Positions 45,510-62,489 of a stretch of 64,000 bases of DNA are shown piece after piece. The stretch comes from the human T2T-CHM13v2.0 reference genome, Homo sapiens: NCBI RefSeq assembly GCF_009914755.1, contig NC_060936.1. One strand, given 5' to 3'. Under the pieces are notes generated by a model. It worked only from the letters and a program-made list of their open reading frames with translations, was not told the origin of the DNA and made no database searches. Positions within the stretch are counted from its first letter, which is position 1; each line of letters opens with the position of its first letter. The position numbers and the translations under genes are program-made.

Positions 45510-45877
45510 GGGCATAAAATCAGTGATCTAAGCATCTACCCTCAGAAGCTATAAAAGGAAGAAGAAATTAAACCAAAAGTAAATAGAAGAAAGGAAATAA
45601 TGTGGAAAAGAGAAGAAATATTAATAGATAAGACATAAAACAAATTTGATAATACAGAAAAAAAGAAAACAAAAAGCTGGTTCTTTAAAGATTAGTAAAA
45701 TTAACAAATGCTCATTAGACTAATCAAGAGGGAAAGAACAGACACACTACCAATATCAGGAAAAAAAAGGGGAGGCATTACCACACATTCTAAAAACACT
45801 AAAATGATAGGGGAATTATTACAGACAATTTTTGTGCCAATAAATAAAACTCAGGTTAAATGAACAAAATTCCTTTA

Positions 45878-46318
<441 letters not shown>

Positions 46319-46699
46319 CTATCGAACATCTAAGGAAAAAATATCACTAGTCCTGCACAAACTCTTTCAGAAAACAAAGGAGGGACTATTTCCCAAACTA
46401 TTTTATGACACCAACATTAACCATGATACCAAAACCAAACAGAGATGATAAGAAATGTACACGCCAATATCCTTCATAAACACAGATGAAAAAACCATTA
46501 ACAAAATATTAGCACATCAAATCTAATAACACGTAATAATAATACCATAAGCTTAAGTAAGGTTTGTCGTGGAATTCAAGCTTAGTTCAACATTTAGAAA
46601 CCCATCAGTATAATTCACCATATTAAAAGAACAAAACCTATGATCATCTCAATAGATGCAGAAAAAACATTTAACAAAAATCAATACCCACCTTCACGG

Positions 46700-47006
46700 T
46701 TTTTTTTGTTTTTTTTTTTTTTTTTTTTTTTTTGAGACAGTCTCACTCTGTCACCCAGGCTGGAGTGCAGTGGCGCAATACCTGCTTGCTGCAACCTTTG
46801 CCTCCTGGGTTCAAGAGATTCTCGTGCCTCGGCCTCCTGAGTAGCTGAGATTACAGGCGTGTGCCACCATGCCAAGCTAATTTTTTGTATTTTTAGTAGA
46901 GACGGGGTTTCGCCACATTGGCCAGGCTGGTCTCGAACCCCTGACCTCAAGTGATCCACCCACCTCGGCCTCCCAAATTGCTGGGATTACAGGTGTGAGC
47001 CCAGCC
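46700..47006 (-). mobile_element. AluS
   Basis: TSD TTCACGGT. Confidence 0.9.
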
Positions 47007-47420
47007 ACTTTCACGGTATTTTAAAAACTAAGAATTAAAGAGAACTTTCTCAACCTTACGGGGATATCAGAAAATTCAAAGCTAATGTCAACAATGAGAA
47101 GAGTGAATATTTTCTGCCCAAGAACAGGAACAAGGTAAGGATGTACACTCTTACTACTTCTATTCAATACTGCCCTGTAGGTCCTAATCAATGCAATGAA
47201 GCAAGAAAAAGTAGTAAAATACAAATTACAAAGAAAGATATAAACCCATCTATAATTGCAGATAACATCATCACGTACGTTTTTTAAAATCCAAGGATTT
47301 ACAAAAAAAGCTACTACAACTAATAAAGCTTAGGAAAGTTGCAGTATACAGAATCAATATCCAAAAATTAATGGCGTTTCTATAAACTAACAGTAAACAT
47401 GTCAAAAAATACTCTCAAAT

Positions 47421-47727
47421 GGCCAGGTGCAGTGGCTCACACCTGTAATCCTAGCACTTTGGGAAGTCAAGGCAGGCAGATCACTTTAGGTCAGGAGTTC
47501 AAGACCAGCCTGGTCAACATGATGAAACTCTGTCTCTACTAAAAACACAAACAAATTAGCCAGGCATGGTGGCATACACCTGTAATCCCAGCTACCATGA
47601 TTCTCCTGGCTGAGGCTGGAGAACTGCTTGAACTAGAGAGGCGGAGGTTACAGTCAGCTGAGATCGCACCATTGCACCCAGCCTGGGTGACAGAGTGAGA
47701 CTCTGTGTCCAAAGGGGGTGGGGGGGA
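47421..47727 (+). mobile_element. AluS with a G-rich tail
   Basis: TSD AATACTCT(C/A)AAAT; tail AAAGGGGGTGGGGGGG. Confidence 0.88.
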
Positions 47728-48765
47728 ATACTCTAAAATAATAGCCATTAAAACAGCATTGAAAAACACAACTTACTTAGGAATATATCTGATAAAAGTA
47801 TGTTCCAGATCTATATACTAAGAACTACGGAACAATGTTGAGAGAAATTAAATATCTAGAGAAATGAAGAGCCAGACCATGTTCATGAACTGAAAGATTT
47901 AAAATCGTTAAAATGTCAATTTTCCCAATTTGATCTACAGATTCAATACAATCACAAATAAATCCCCACAGAAAAAAAATTTTTAATTGACACGCTGATC
48001 CTAAAACTTATATTGAAATGCAAAACACCCAGAAGAATCAATACAATTTTTAAAAGAACAAAGTCGGAGAATTTATCCTAATTTCAAGACATACTATAAA
48101 ATTTCAGTAATCATCATAGTGTAGTACTGGCATAACAGACATGTAGATCAAAGGAACTGAATATAGAACCCAGAAAAAAGCAATGCACACATACAGTCCA
48201 TTAATTTTTAACAAAGATTCTAAGGTCATTCAATAAGTCTTCAACAAATGATGTTTAAATAGTTTGCTAAACGTATGCAAAACAAAACCAGAACTTCAAT
48301 CCTCACCTCGCACCATGTAAATTAACTTAAAATAAGTTACTGGATTGCAAGCCTAAACCTAATTAACTAATGCTGTAAAACTTCTGGAAGAAATCATAAG
48401 AAAAAAACTTTCCTGCTTTGGGATGGCAAAGATGTCTTAGGACATGAAAAGTATAGATTTATAAAAGTAATACTTGACTTAATCAAAATTTAAAGCTTTT
48501 GTTATTCAAAGAAGACAGTGAGAAAATGAAAAGGCACACCACAAATTAGGAGAATACATTTGTAATACATCTATCTGCCAATGAACTTGTATCCAGGATA
48601 TTCCAAGAATTCTTCCAATTCAGTAAGAAAACAACCTAATTTTTAAATTGGGCAAAAGATGTGAAGAGATATTTCCCAAAAGATATACGAATGACTTAAT
48701 ATGCACATGCAATGATGTTAAACTTCATCTGTTATCAAAAAATTACAAACTGAAATAAGTTACTA

Positions 48766-48975
48766 CATACTGCACATCCCTAATTCAAAAATCCAAAATG
48801 CTCCAAAATCAAAACTTTTTGCATGCCAACATGACACTCAAAGGAAATTCCAAATTTTAAATTTTCAGAGTAGGGACGCTCAGCCAGTATAATGCAAATA
48901 TGCCCAAATCTGAAAAAATCCAAAATCCAAAACACTTGTGGTTCCAAGCATTTTAGATAAAAGATTCACAACATG
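48766..48975 (+). mobile_element. Tigger4a/MER46 (Zombi) MITE nested in L1
   Basis: CATCCCTAATTCAAAAATCCAAAATGCTCCAAAATC...GGTTCCAAGCATTTTAGATAA...CAACATG|TA. Confidence 0.75.
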
Positions 48976-49593
48976 TACTACACGCCACAAGGATGGCTGA
49001 AATTTGTAAAAATTCATTGTACTACATGCTGCAAGAATGCAGAGCAATTAGAACTCCTATAAAACTCATGGGATATTAAATGATACAAACATTTTATTTT
49101 TTGCAAGTTTGGCAGTTCTTTATAAAGTGAAACTCCTAGTTATTTACAGAAATAAAAACATATGTCCCACACAAAAAGCAGTACATTAATTTTCACAGCC
49201 AACAGCAAATTGTGGCATATCCAAAAAAGAGACTACTATTTAGCAAAAAAAAAAAAAAACCCTACTTAAGCAATAATATGAAACCAGAAATAAGGATTAC
49301 ATACTATATGATTCCATTTATTAAAAATTCTAGAAAGGGCAAAATGATTCTACAGTAACAGCAGATTAGTAGTTGCCTGGAGGGGAGGAAGGCTGAGGGG
49401 CAAGGGGGAGACCCTGACTGCAAAAGGACATGTATGAACTTTTTTGCATCATAAAAATGTTCTCTACTTTGATTTCAGTGGTTTCACAGATATACACATT
49501 TGTCAAAATTATGAAACCGTACACTTAAAGTGAGTATATTTTATTGTATGTAAAGTATACCTCAATAAATGTAATAAGAAATGTATGTATTAA

Positions 49594-50055
<462 letters not shown>

Positions 50056-50225
50056 TGATTAAATGATTTGTATTTGTTAACCTTAACTATAAGAGAATTC
50101 TTGTGAAATTTCTGGGAATTGAACTATTTAATGAAGTTCATTAGTGATATTAAGATGGTTTGCTTCTCAGCTGCAGTAACAGACTATAAACAGAAACGTA
50201 TATTATTTACGAGGCAGGCACTGTC

Positions 50226-50600
50226 TACACAAACATGAGTGGCTCCTTCCCCCATAGTAACATACACTTTACACTGCTGTGGATAACAACATGCCCACTT
50301 AAAGAACTACATCTCCCAGCCTCCCTGCAGTTAAGTAAGGCCTTGAAGTATGGCCAGAAGTGTTGTAGGCAACTTCCTGGAGGTTTCCTTAAAGGACGGT
50401 GTGTCCTTCCCACATTTCCACCTCCTCCTAACCTAGAATGCAACCTTGATGACTGGAGTCTGAATAGCCATCTTGAACTATATGCCATAAACTAAGAACA
50501 GTGTAGTAACAAGACAGAAAGAGCCCAGATCCCTTGACAACCAAATCAGTTGTAAAATGCAGGCCTCCAAGCTGCCTGTACAGAAAAAGAGATTACTTTT
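50226..50600. mobile_element. MLT1-type MaLR LTR remnant
   Basis: TCCCAGCCTCCCTGCAGTTAAG...GCAACTTCC...CCTAGAATGCA...GCCATCTTGAAC motifs. Confidence 0.55.
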
Positions 50601-51449
50601 TAAGCTATTTGTCTATTTTTAAATAAGCATATGATTGTGATACTAAATCATTTTGACATTATTTTAATAACTGGCTTTTACTTTAAAAAAAACTGAAAGA
50701 CTTTTATCGAGGTGATCATTTTTATTTTTTAGATCACATGGTTATGTAGGTTTTTTAACCTTGCCCCAGTCATCAATCAAAACAATAAGCTATCTTTATA
50801 ATTTTTCATTTTCCAAATGATTCCTCAATTTGGAACAGTCTAAGACAAAAAAAAATCTATTTCCCTATCTCTGGGAAGAAATTGTAGGCTGTATATTACT
50901 CCATTAATCTCTGATGAAACTTTAAAAAAACGTAAACTGTATTATCACTCCATTAATCTCAGGCAAATCTATATGCTCCAGTGATTTCTACCTTAGCACT
51001 TGTACTAAATTATATGGTCTACACTGCTAATTTTCAAAAGGCTCAAAAAAGAAAGAGACCAATAATGTTTGGAATAGCTACAAGGAGCTTCACTGAAGTC
51101 CTAAAAGAATTTAGATAGAAGAAAGAAAAACATAAAATACAAATGTACTACTGGTTAAAAGTTCAGGCTTTGAATCAAGAGATTCAGCTCCTGTGTGACC
51201 TTGGACAAGCTACTTAAATTTCTTGTTTCAGTTTTCTTATCTGAAAAATGAGAATAGTAGACTCTACCTCAAAAGGATCTTGTGAGCATGAGAAAATGCA
51301 TGTAGCTGGTAGTTAAGCAGTGCACGCCTGCAGCAAGCACTCTTTACAAACAGCAAAAGCTCTGAGGTGAGAACATGTAAAGGTCTGACTTGAAATACAG
51401 ATTCCTTTTAGTGAGTGGTTGGAAATTTTATTATAAAAAGAAAAAGAAC

Positions 51450-51750
51450 GGCCGGACACGGTAGCTCACACCTGTAATCCCAGCACTTTGGGAGGCCGAG
51501 GTGGGCGGACCACCTCAGGTCAGGAGTTCGAGACCAGCCTGGTCAACATGGTGAAACCCCGTCTCTACTAAAAATACAAAAATTAGCCTGGCATGGTGGC
51601 ATGCACTTGTAGTCCCAGCTACTTAGGAGGCTGAGGCGGGAGAATCACTTGAACCCGGGAGGCAGAGGTTGCACTGAGCGAGATTACACCACTGCACTCC
51701 GGCCTGGGCGACAGAGTGAGACTCCATCTCAGAAAAAAAAAAAAAAAAAA
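51450..51750 (+). mobile_element. AluS
   Basis: Full dimer. Confidence 0.92.
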
Positions 51751-54168
51751 GGCTTTTTAGAGATTAAACACTTGAAAAATAAACTCACAGAAGAAATCTG
51801 GATACCCATATAGATGAAAAGATGCTCATAATCTCACGAGAAATCCAAAAATTGAAAATTTAAATATTGAGGGTTTTTTTTTTTTTTTGTAGAGGCAGAA
51901 GTTAAAATGAGTAAGTTCCATTACAGGCAGGGACAGAAAAAAATAGGCATTATATATTGTCCATAGAAATGTAAACTGACACATCTTTTTAAACTGTTTA
52001 TAGCTATAGCTTTCCAATTTTAATGTATAACTGTACTACACAGCAAAAAATTGAAAGAATCTTAACGTTTCTCATAGTTGATGGTTAAACAAACAATAGT
52101 ACATCCATCTTATGAAACAGGATACAACTGCTCAAAAACATAATAAAAATGAGTAAACTATATCTAAATTTACTGACATAAAAATACTTGAAGACAATGT
52201 TAAGCGGAAAAAGCACATTGCAGGAAAAGGTGGAGAATTATTTCTTATCTGTAATTTTTTTAAGTACAAATCTGTCCATCACCAACAGAATGCATAAACT
52301 GCGATATACGAGAACTACAACTGTAGAATTGTGGGAACATAACATTAAAGGCAGTTTGCAAAAGAATACGATTCAATATTAAAAGTCCAAAAACATGTAA
52401 AAATATACATATAAATACATATGTGATTAAAACTTTAAAAATTAAAGAATGATACACATGAAATTGAAGTAAGAGTTACTTCTGAAGGGAGAGAAAAGAG
52501 AATGGGAGAGGAAGAGCACACACAGGACTCCGTAAGTGGTGAAAAGTTCTTTCTCTTAAACTGCGTATTAGGTACATGGGTGTTCATTGTACCATGAATC
52601 TTTCTACCTTATGTGTGATTTACACATGCTCTGTTTATCTATTCAATATCTAATAAAACAATTTTGACACATGCAAAAGCAAGAAAAAAAAATCTGGAAT
52701 AATACAAATTAAACCTCTGGAAGTTACCTTCCTGAAGGTGAGGGGAGGGATCCTTCATGTTTTGTGTTAGACACTTCCATACTGTTTGAAGCTCACACTA
52801 ATTACATAAAATTGTATAAAATTTTTAAAAGAAATTACTTTTCCACTAAAATTGTAATTATGAAAATTATAAGCACATGGGAAATGTTAGTGAGTACAGC
52901 TGAATAAAGAATTCTATTTACACTGTGATTACATCTATGTACAAAAATGTGCACATTAACAAGAACAGAAGAAGAATTGGGGTAAATCTGATCTAATGGA
53001 GCGGCTGGAACATGGACAAATGTTTTACAGTTTTCATTTCTTGGAAGTTGTATTTCTTGGAAATATTTGGTATTTCATTAGTACTACCTCACTTGGAGAG
53101 AAAGTAAAGAAAAATGACAACTGCGGGAAAGCCAACTCTTTACCTTCAGGGTAGCCAAGTGAAAAACCTCCCCACATACGAAGGCTGAATTAATTTACAG
53201 CCAATCTACAATGGATAGTACACGCTGTGCCAATAAGTGCACTCAGAACAACTGGAAAGGGTCCCCACCACACCAAGGAGATTACATCAAAAGGTTCTGA
53301 AGCGCATATGTCCATTTTAGCGCTTAACTGAGCACTGGTGATGCACATAAAGTCCAACAGTCAGGGTTGCACTCCTGAACACGAGGAACCCAGGAATGTG
53401 CTGAGGAAAAGGGGGTATGGAGAGAGAGGCATGGAACGAGGAAGGAAAAATTTCTCCAACATGTGAGGCAAAAAATACAACATGGCATAACAATTACGCT
53501 CTCAATAACAAAAAAAATATTGTGCACTCAGAAAGCTAAGTGTCACGGAAACAAAGAATAGAATGATAGGAACAAAAATTTGAAAGAAACCAAAATCAAA
53601 ACAAGCAATAAGTACCAATGATAAACACTGGTTTGTGGTCTCTACAAATGCCCCCGCTATTCTATCCACTGGTTCCCCAAATCTGGCCATTTCCACAAAG
53701 GCATGAAGGAAAACAGATGGAATGTCTATTTCACCCTCTTACCAAAAATATCACTCATTTGAAATTAATATAAACAAAACCTTCATGTAAAAAATTAAAC
53801 GAGAATATCCCAAAGCAGATCTGCAGTAGGAAAATGCATCTGCTTTCTGGGCTTACCACTATTAAAAGTAGATGCTCTAGGTAACAAAGGCTGATACAGA
53901 GCCAACTGCTGTTAGGTTACCCTTCCCCTGCCCACCTTTTCTTTCTTCCTATTAGGACTTTTCCATGCCCATTTCTTATAACTAAACTTGCATGAATCTT
54001 CCCCTGCCAAAATTCACACCTCCAATCACCACCGTCTCTACCCACGACCTGCCAAAGGCCCCACTCTACCCATTGCACCAGACTTGCCTTCTCCTATCTT
54101 CCCCACCTTTTTTCTGCCCCTCCCTTCCCTTATAAAACCTACTCTTATTGTCTCAAATATTTTCTGTA

Positions 54169-54466
54169 GGCTGGGCATGGTGGCTCATGCCTGTAATCCC
54201 AGCACTTTGGGAGGCCAAGGCAAGCGGATCACTTCAGGTCAAGAGTTCAAGACCAGCATGGGCAACACAGTGAAACCCCGTGTCTCTATAAAAATACAAA
54301 AATTAGCCGGGCATGGTCATGGGTGCCTGTAGTCCCAGCTACTCAGGAGGCTGAGGTGGAAGAATCACTTGAACCTCAGAGGCGGAGGGTGCAGTGAGCC
54401 GAGATTGTGCCGCTGTACTCCAGCCTGGGCAACAGAAACTCAGTCTCAAAAAAAAAAAAAAAAAAA
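54169..54466 (+). mobile_element. AluS
   Basis: Full dimer. Confidence 0.9.
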
Positions 54467-57400
54467 CTCTGGAAACAGGCAGATTATAAGTGCTAACGTT
54501 TGTTTTCACTTTCTTTTCACTACTCCTTGCTTTAAAACTTTGATTTCTGTAGGGTTTAAAAGCAAGAACCCAGGCTCAGTGAATACTTTCTTATATACAC
54601 AATTGTGATCAAAGCTTAAGTCTACTGTTTAACAACTTCAGCAGATAGATATTGCCAACTGTTCCTCCCCGTTTTGCATACACAAGAATGCAAATGCCAT
54701 AAAACCAAGAACATCTGTTTATCATCTGATTCCTGTTCTATGGCATATTTATAATTGATCACCAAAGCCTGTCAACTCTACCTCCAAAATATTACACGAT
54801 CTATTTCCTTCTCTCCATTCCTACCGGCCCTGCGTTATTTCTCACACCTAGACTGTTCTAAGAGCTTCTTCCTGCCTTTGGTTTTTCCCCTATGACAATC
54901 CATACTCCACAGGGCCCACATGGGTTTTCTCTCTAAAACATAAATCTGATCATGCCATTATCCTCTTTAAAACAGTTCAGGCATTCCTCTGTGCATACAG
55001 AATTAACTCCCAATTCCTTCATGTCCTTCAATTGGCCATCAAACATCACATTATCTTCTACCTATTAAAAAATAGGTATTAAAGAAAAGGTAAATTTAAT
55101 AAAAGAATATTTGCAATGATGTCTAAAAATGTATGGTCTGTTATTGTATTATTTACATAATTATTTATATAACTAAAAAATTCATTCATCTCCATCATAC
55201 AATATTACCACCAAACTCAAACTTTTACAAATGGCTAAAGAGTTATGTTCACATAACATACTAAAACTAGACTGGGCTGTTTTACTTATTTCTATTTTCA
55301 ATTCCAAAATTAAAATATAAGATAGATTACAAGGAATCTAAATCAATAGATATTTTCTAAAATGGGTGTTAACATATATAACTAAATTTCTCACAGCTTT
55401 CTGGAAATTGTTAAAGTCAGCTCTGTGGGTTCTTAACAGCATATCACACCTACCATATGAGAAAGTTTGGCAACAAAATCAAAGTTACTTTAGAAGATAA
55501 ACGCCTACCTTAGTGAGTCCCACTTGTTTTTCCATCTGGAATATTCCTTGAGTTTACCATATAAACCACTAACACAAGCTACTCATCTTAACATTCATTA
55601 GAATAGTTTCCTAGAATAGGTAATTCTTCTACTTCAAATCAAATTTATACAATTTACTAAAGTCAGCTTATTAGCTTATATATAACAAACTATGGATTCT
55701 CATGAGAATCATTCCGCTGTTTAATTAAATGTTATAGGATCTTGCAGATTCAAGAATAGCACCATCTGTCTGGGTTGCAAAGCTCAGTTTCACAACCTTA
55801 TCACCAAATAGCAACAAAATATCATCTTCATACATATCTCTCTCAAGTAATTTGTAGACAACTAAAGAATGTAGTCTATTTGGGATCATGAAACCTGATT
55901 CAATCTGTGCAGATGATTACACTTTTCAAGTTAAAGCGACATACTTTGAACACTGTGTTTTTAGTAACTTAAATGTTAGTTAAGAACTTGTATCTCAGGA
56001 GGCAAATATTTGTGCTCTTTAGTTGCTAAGATGAAGATTCATGCTCTGATATAAATTCTAAATGCTAAATGGCTCAGGTGTCATAAATCTGAAAATTTTT
56101 GAAGTACCTTTTCTTATTTTTTTAGAATAACTATTATGTAGCTAAATTTTCCTAAAATATCTATAGCTCTAGGATTACATCACAACGCTTTCTGACAGGA
56201 TTCCCATTCTCTTTTATTATGTAAAAAAAACTAAAAAAAGAATTATAAATTAAACTATGTAATCTGAAGACCAAAAAAAGTAAAACTGACTGAGAAAAGG
56301 TCTAAAAATCTCATTATATTTCTGAATTGAAAAACAGAAATAATACTTGCCACTGCAACTTGTAATCTAAACAACTAGTAGAGACATCCCTACTACAGGT
56401 AAAGGGTCGTCTGCACCTCCTCCCACACTAACTATTCAGGCAGACTACTATGAAGTATAATTCCAAATTCTATTGTGCTAATCTCCAACTGTGGAAGAAA
56501 TTACTGAGACAACATGTGTGGGCTAGCTACTAGCTATCTTACTAGGCAGTCTCCAATGAATAAGGCAACACCAAGTGGTCAAAGGTAAGAAGTTGGATAT
56601 CACACAAACCAAACTTCAGTTTAAACCTTAAGAGATTATCTCAACAGGATACATTTATTTATATATCCCAAGGCTCTAAAATGAGCCTCAATTTGATGTC
56701 TGACTCTTGCTAGTCAGACAGAGAGAAGACACAACACAGAATTCTACTCTACCCTTAGGATAATTTGCCTTGATCCTCAAAAAGCAAAAATACCACCACC
56801 ACTTAATTGGTCCCAATATCCTGTCTTGCCAATCAATGGATTGCTAAACCCACCTCCACTGAAGCTGTATGAAAACAAAGTACACTGAATCGCTAGACTC
56901 AGAACCTGAGAAGGCAGAGGTTCAAGCAAGGCTGGAATTCCTGGCATACATCCACAACGTATGTATGCCAACATACCCAAAATGGAGCTTTCCCTGGGCT
57001 TTCACTCATCAGCAGCAAGGCCCTCATCAGAAGGGTATTAAACTGTTAACTCTTAGGCAGCAGTTTAGAGCAAAAAGCAGAACTAAAATAATAAACTGCA
57101 AAGAGAGAAGACACTGACTAAAGAGGCAACCCTTAAAATAAGATTTTCTGGGGCAGCCAACTAAACTGTCTCTAAAAGCAATTCCAAAGGAAAAGGACAA
57201 AAAAAATTATAAACAATGGCAACATCATTTGATCCATTTCAAGGGGGCCTACTTTGAACAATACTCCTCATTTCAGCAGATATATCTCAGTTCTGATATG
57301 TCTAGTTCAAAATCAGTTTTATACTTGTGAAATTGTAACTTTAAAACCTTTAAAGGAAGGTAACAAAAATAAAATGATTGCTGCAATCAACTAACAAAAT

Positions 57401-57797
57401 GGAAAATTTCTAGCTAAAATTTTTAAAAATTGATTTTGTTTATTCGGCCTGAAGCTCACTACTTTTAATCCTTGAACTCAAAAAACACTCAAGTTACAAG
57501 ATTGAGATTGTTTCCCACTTCCTTCACACTTATTCCTTTCTTAGATCATCACATCTTGTATTTCTAAGAGGTGTCTTCATCTTTTCTAGCACTAACACTA
57601 TCGGCTGGGTTTTTGATAACCATCCTCCAGCCAGGCTTGTTTTATCAACTTTCCTTGTATCTTCCATCTTTCCTTCTGTCTTTCCACTATTGATGCTCCA
57701 AAGTCAACAAACACAAATCTACCTTTCAGGCTCTTACCCTCCCCTACTCCCCCATTCCTGCTTGCTTCACAATCAACCTTCTGAATCAAACTTAAAA

Positions 57798-57910
57798 GTA
57801 AGCTGCACACAATGGTGCACGCCTGAAATTCCAGCTACTCCAGAGGCTGAGGCAAGAGGATTACTTGAGTCCCAGAGTTCAAGCCCAGCCTGGGTAACAC
57901 AGCAAGACCC
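57798..57910 (+). mobile_element. Old Alu monomer (FAM/FLAM-like)
   Basis: GGTGCACGCCTG...CCAGCTACTC...GAGGCTGAGGCAAGAGGATTACTTGAG...CCAGCCTGGGTAACACAGCAAGACCCC. Confidence 0.7.
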
Positions 57911-60900
57911 CACTGCCCATCAAACCACCATCTCTAGATTGATTAGACAGACAGACAGATAGAACTGAAAAGTGTCTGTACTGGCTTACCTTGCCATTCA
58001 TTCACTCCTCAACCCACTTATCCAAGATTCTACCCTCAACAGTCAAATGTAATTATTTGAACTACCAAGCTGCCCAAATAGCAAACCTTCCCTCTCTTTC
58101 ACTCCTTACACCTCTCCCCTTCAAGGTTCACCACGATTGTCTCTGAAAATCACCATTATTTCATTTCTTTACCTTTAAGTCAGAGAAAGCAAATTAGATT
58201 GTCTATTTAAAGCACATATAACCTATACCTTCACAACTTAAAAGCCTAGGCTTCATAAGAAGTAATCTTAAACCAAAATCGAATTTGTTTTCAATGCACA
58301 GAATTTAAACAATGAAGGGTTACACAGTTCAACAATTCTAATTTGTCTGTGTAAGACAGCAGTCCTAGAAAGGCTTTTAAACACATTATTAAATGTAATA
58401 CCATTTAACACACTTGTTTTTCCTCAATTCACTTCTCATAATAGTTTCTATATCGTCTTGGATTATCTCCCGTTTTAGTTTCATATCCCATCTGCTCATT
58501 TGAGATTCACGTCTGTCCAGTTTCTGAAATATTTGTCACTTTAGTCATTAGCATTTTGCGTAATATAGCACTTTTTTTAAAGTTCAGAACTGATTTTAGA
58601 AAACTGAAAATTATTTTAACATCATTTCTTAATCTAAATTGGCCTGCCCACACTTCAAATTTTCCACCTAATAAAAATTCAATTTCAATAAGTCTTTGTA
58701 CTGTTTTTTAAAAGAAAGCCAAGAACCAGGACCATAAATTAGAAGTGTTCTCCTACATACCACCTCAATAAAGATCCTCAAGAATAAAGACTAAAAATTG
58801 TCAAGCTTCCAAAGAATGCCCTTCCCCTTCTTCTCTAGCAAGCCACATCCATCCATTCCTTCAACATCCAGTTTTATTACTCCCCTTTCAGGTTTCTCTG
58901 GCTACAAAGTATTATCAGATATTATGCGGTCCATGTCACTCTCCCTCTGCAGAAATTAAATAGTGCATGCAGATCTTTTTTCCGCATATCAGTCTAGCCC
59001 TTTTGTTAACCCAAGCTAGATTTTAATAATTTCTGATGTACATTATTCCAAAATACATGTCTCAAATTTCTCAAACATAGCGTACAAAACATTAACATTT
59101 CTAAGTATTTGTTTACTGGCTACCCCGTCCAATCTCAGCCCTAATTCCCTTTTCATCCCATTGGATCTCAGAAGTCCTCATTTAGCAAACGTAATAGCCA
59201 GCAGAAAGCTTGTCTCCAGGGCTGAGTGAAGGAGGAGAGGAAAGAGAAGGGAAGTGCTAAAATGCAAAGAAATACAGAATCTTTTCCTGATGACATCACA
59301 GAACCTGCCACTAGTATCAGCAAAGAGAAAGCAGCAGTGGGTGCCCACAAGCAGGGAAAGGAAAACCTGCCTTCAAAACTGCTGCTCTTCCCACAGGGAG
59401 CCATCCTCACCTCTCCACACTCTTCCACACAGCAATCCTCTCCTTGGCCTAGAAGAGGAGCTATAGCTCCCGCTCTGACTGCCAGGACTATAAGTCAGAG
59501 AAAAGGTGCTCCTGACACCCTACATGAGAACACTAAGCATAAGTTTATTCCCACAAAAATGCTGCTATAAATAGCATTTGAGTTTTATAATAGACCTAAT
59601 TAAGTACAATATACAAGGTAAATAGGCTAACCATCATTTGTAGCAAGAGATGGGAGTTTTTTTGTGAAAACAAACTTACAAATTAACTTTTTCTAGTATT
59701 TTAGAACACAGGAGACCACCTACATGTAAAATTCTAAACCTCTAGATACAACTTAAGACACTATTCATATTCAACATGACTAATACAAACGCTACAGATT
59801 CGTGGGAGGGCTTTCCTTCCTTCAACAAGCCTAAACAATATTTTTAGATACTGCCACATTATTAAACAGAAAATAGAAATTAGCCAGTAGCTGAGTTCTC
59901 TCTGTTCAAAACACAGTAAGGGTTGTGACATGTGTGTCAAACTAAAACATGATTTAGTCTTTAAGAAGAAAAATATATTTATTAAGTACTATTCCTGACA
60001 TTCCCTGAGACAAATCTCAAAGTGTTAATAGAACTGCTATTTAAAGTTCAAAGAGCACTCCAGAACTGCCAAGGAATTAATAGCTTAAACTACCAAATAA
60101 GAGCCACGGTTCAATTCCCAATCTCAGCCAGCTATAGCTCAGAGTTGGTACAGCAAAATCACCCAGCGCATTAAAGGCACACCATGCAACTGTGAATCAT
60201 ATATGGTTGTAACGAAAAACTGTTAAAAACTAAAAATGAATTTCAAGTTTTTCTTCTCAATCTTGGCTTATTTACGAGGAAAGACACAAGAACAATTTAA
60301 TCCTCTGCTCCCTAGAAAAAAATACAAACACAACATAAATGCTATACTTAAAACAAGTCATTTTACCATTCCAATCTCCTGGTTAACTGCCTCGGGCTAC
60401 TCTATAACTTTAGTTGTAATTTACTAAAGGTCTCTTCCTACTAAAGAACATCATCTAGTCATCCAAAGCGCTTTCCTTAAAAGGTACTCAAAATGATTTT
60501 TCACGCCTCCTGCCCTCCAACACCAAGTTTACAGGAGAAACTGAGGCACAGAACTATTACGTGATCATACTAGTAAAAATGTTTAATACAACTCAAGTTT
60601 CCCTACTACCAGGTTATTTCCCATTTTACTGGGCTCATAGAAAACAATCTTTTGAATGTTGAACAAAAGCACTGCTATACAGCTTAAAGAATGAAAGTAA
60701 AGGAATTCTGGATCAAGCCCCCAAACAAAATCCCCAGAAGGCTCAAAAATCTATAGGTTGCCTACTATGCTACAGAAAATCTAAACACTAAATGAATTCT
60801 TATTCCTTTGAGGAGTAAGAACATGTCTCATGATCAGTTGGAATTGTCTTTAATAAGGAAATTCTAGAATTCATCTAAAATATTACCAAGCCACAGTACA

Positions 60901-61472
60901 TACAGTCTAGATAAAATATATTCAGAACACAGAGTTAATCATCAAAATAAGCTGAAATAAAAACAGCATACTTGTGATCAAGACCCAAATGGTCAATAAG
61001 AGCTCCCTTGAGGAATGGAGAATAATCGTCCAGGAATTCCATCACTTAACAGATAGTTAATGAGCACCTAGCAAAGATGATTTCAACAGGGTCACTCTCC
61101 TGCAGAAGCTCATCTGATGATCAGAGGTACACAGAGGGAGGTAGGGGGTAACTAGTTCTGCCTGTGGTGGTCAGAGGAGGTAACATTTGAACTTCTTAAG
61201 TAGCATTGTGCCAGGCTTACATGCAGGCACAAATACTAGGAGCTAGTTCCAAATGTTCCAGTTAGATATATGTATGTTTTTCCTTATTTCTCTTTAGGGC
61301 ATGAAAATTCAATAGTCAGAATTGTCAACATAAAATGTTTTTTGTCAAACCAATTATACTCTTCTGAATACCTTATTAGTGCTCATATTAAGTTCAGATA
61401 AATTTAATCATCCTTCTTAATAATATTGAAATGAGGAAGCCTCCTGTATTATACTCAAAAATACTTCCTCAT

Positions 61473-61600
61473 ACTCACACCTGTAATCCCAGTACTTTGG
61501 GAGGCCAAGGCAGGAGGATCATTTGAGGCCAGGAGTTTGAAACCGCCTGAGCAACATAGTGAGACCCTATCTCCCCTCCTCCCAGCAAAAAAAAAAAAAC
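61473..61600 (+). mobile_element. FLAM monomer
   Basis: TSD AAAA(T/C)ACTTC(C/T)TCATA. Confidence 0.8.
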
Positions 61601-61889
61601 ACTTCTTCATAAATTTGTCAAATGTTTTTTAAGGGAGAAGAAAAGATCACAATAATTCTTATTCAGTTTAATATCCTTTTAGATTACCAATTTTTGAAAT
61701 TTCTACTCCCCACCATAAAACTTGTTTACAATTACATATTTTATTTGAAACAAGTCTGTCACTCCAATTTAATTTTAATATCAAATGTCTTAAATACATT
61801 CAACTCAGTGACTTAATACAAATTAAGAATTATTAAGTAAAAAGATCTAATGAAGACTTAAATATTTTCCTGCTTTATCTTCTCCTATC

Positions 61890-62380
<491 letters not shown>

Positions 62381-62489
62381 CAATCTACTTTTAAAGTTAA
62401 AGCCACAAATTTAAACTATGCAAAAAAAAAAAAAAGACACTAATGAAATTTTGATGCACTCAACTCAAGAGGATCCTTTAACAGTAATG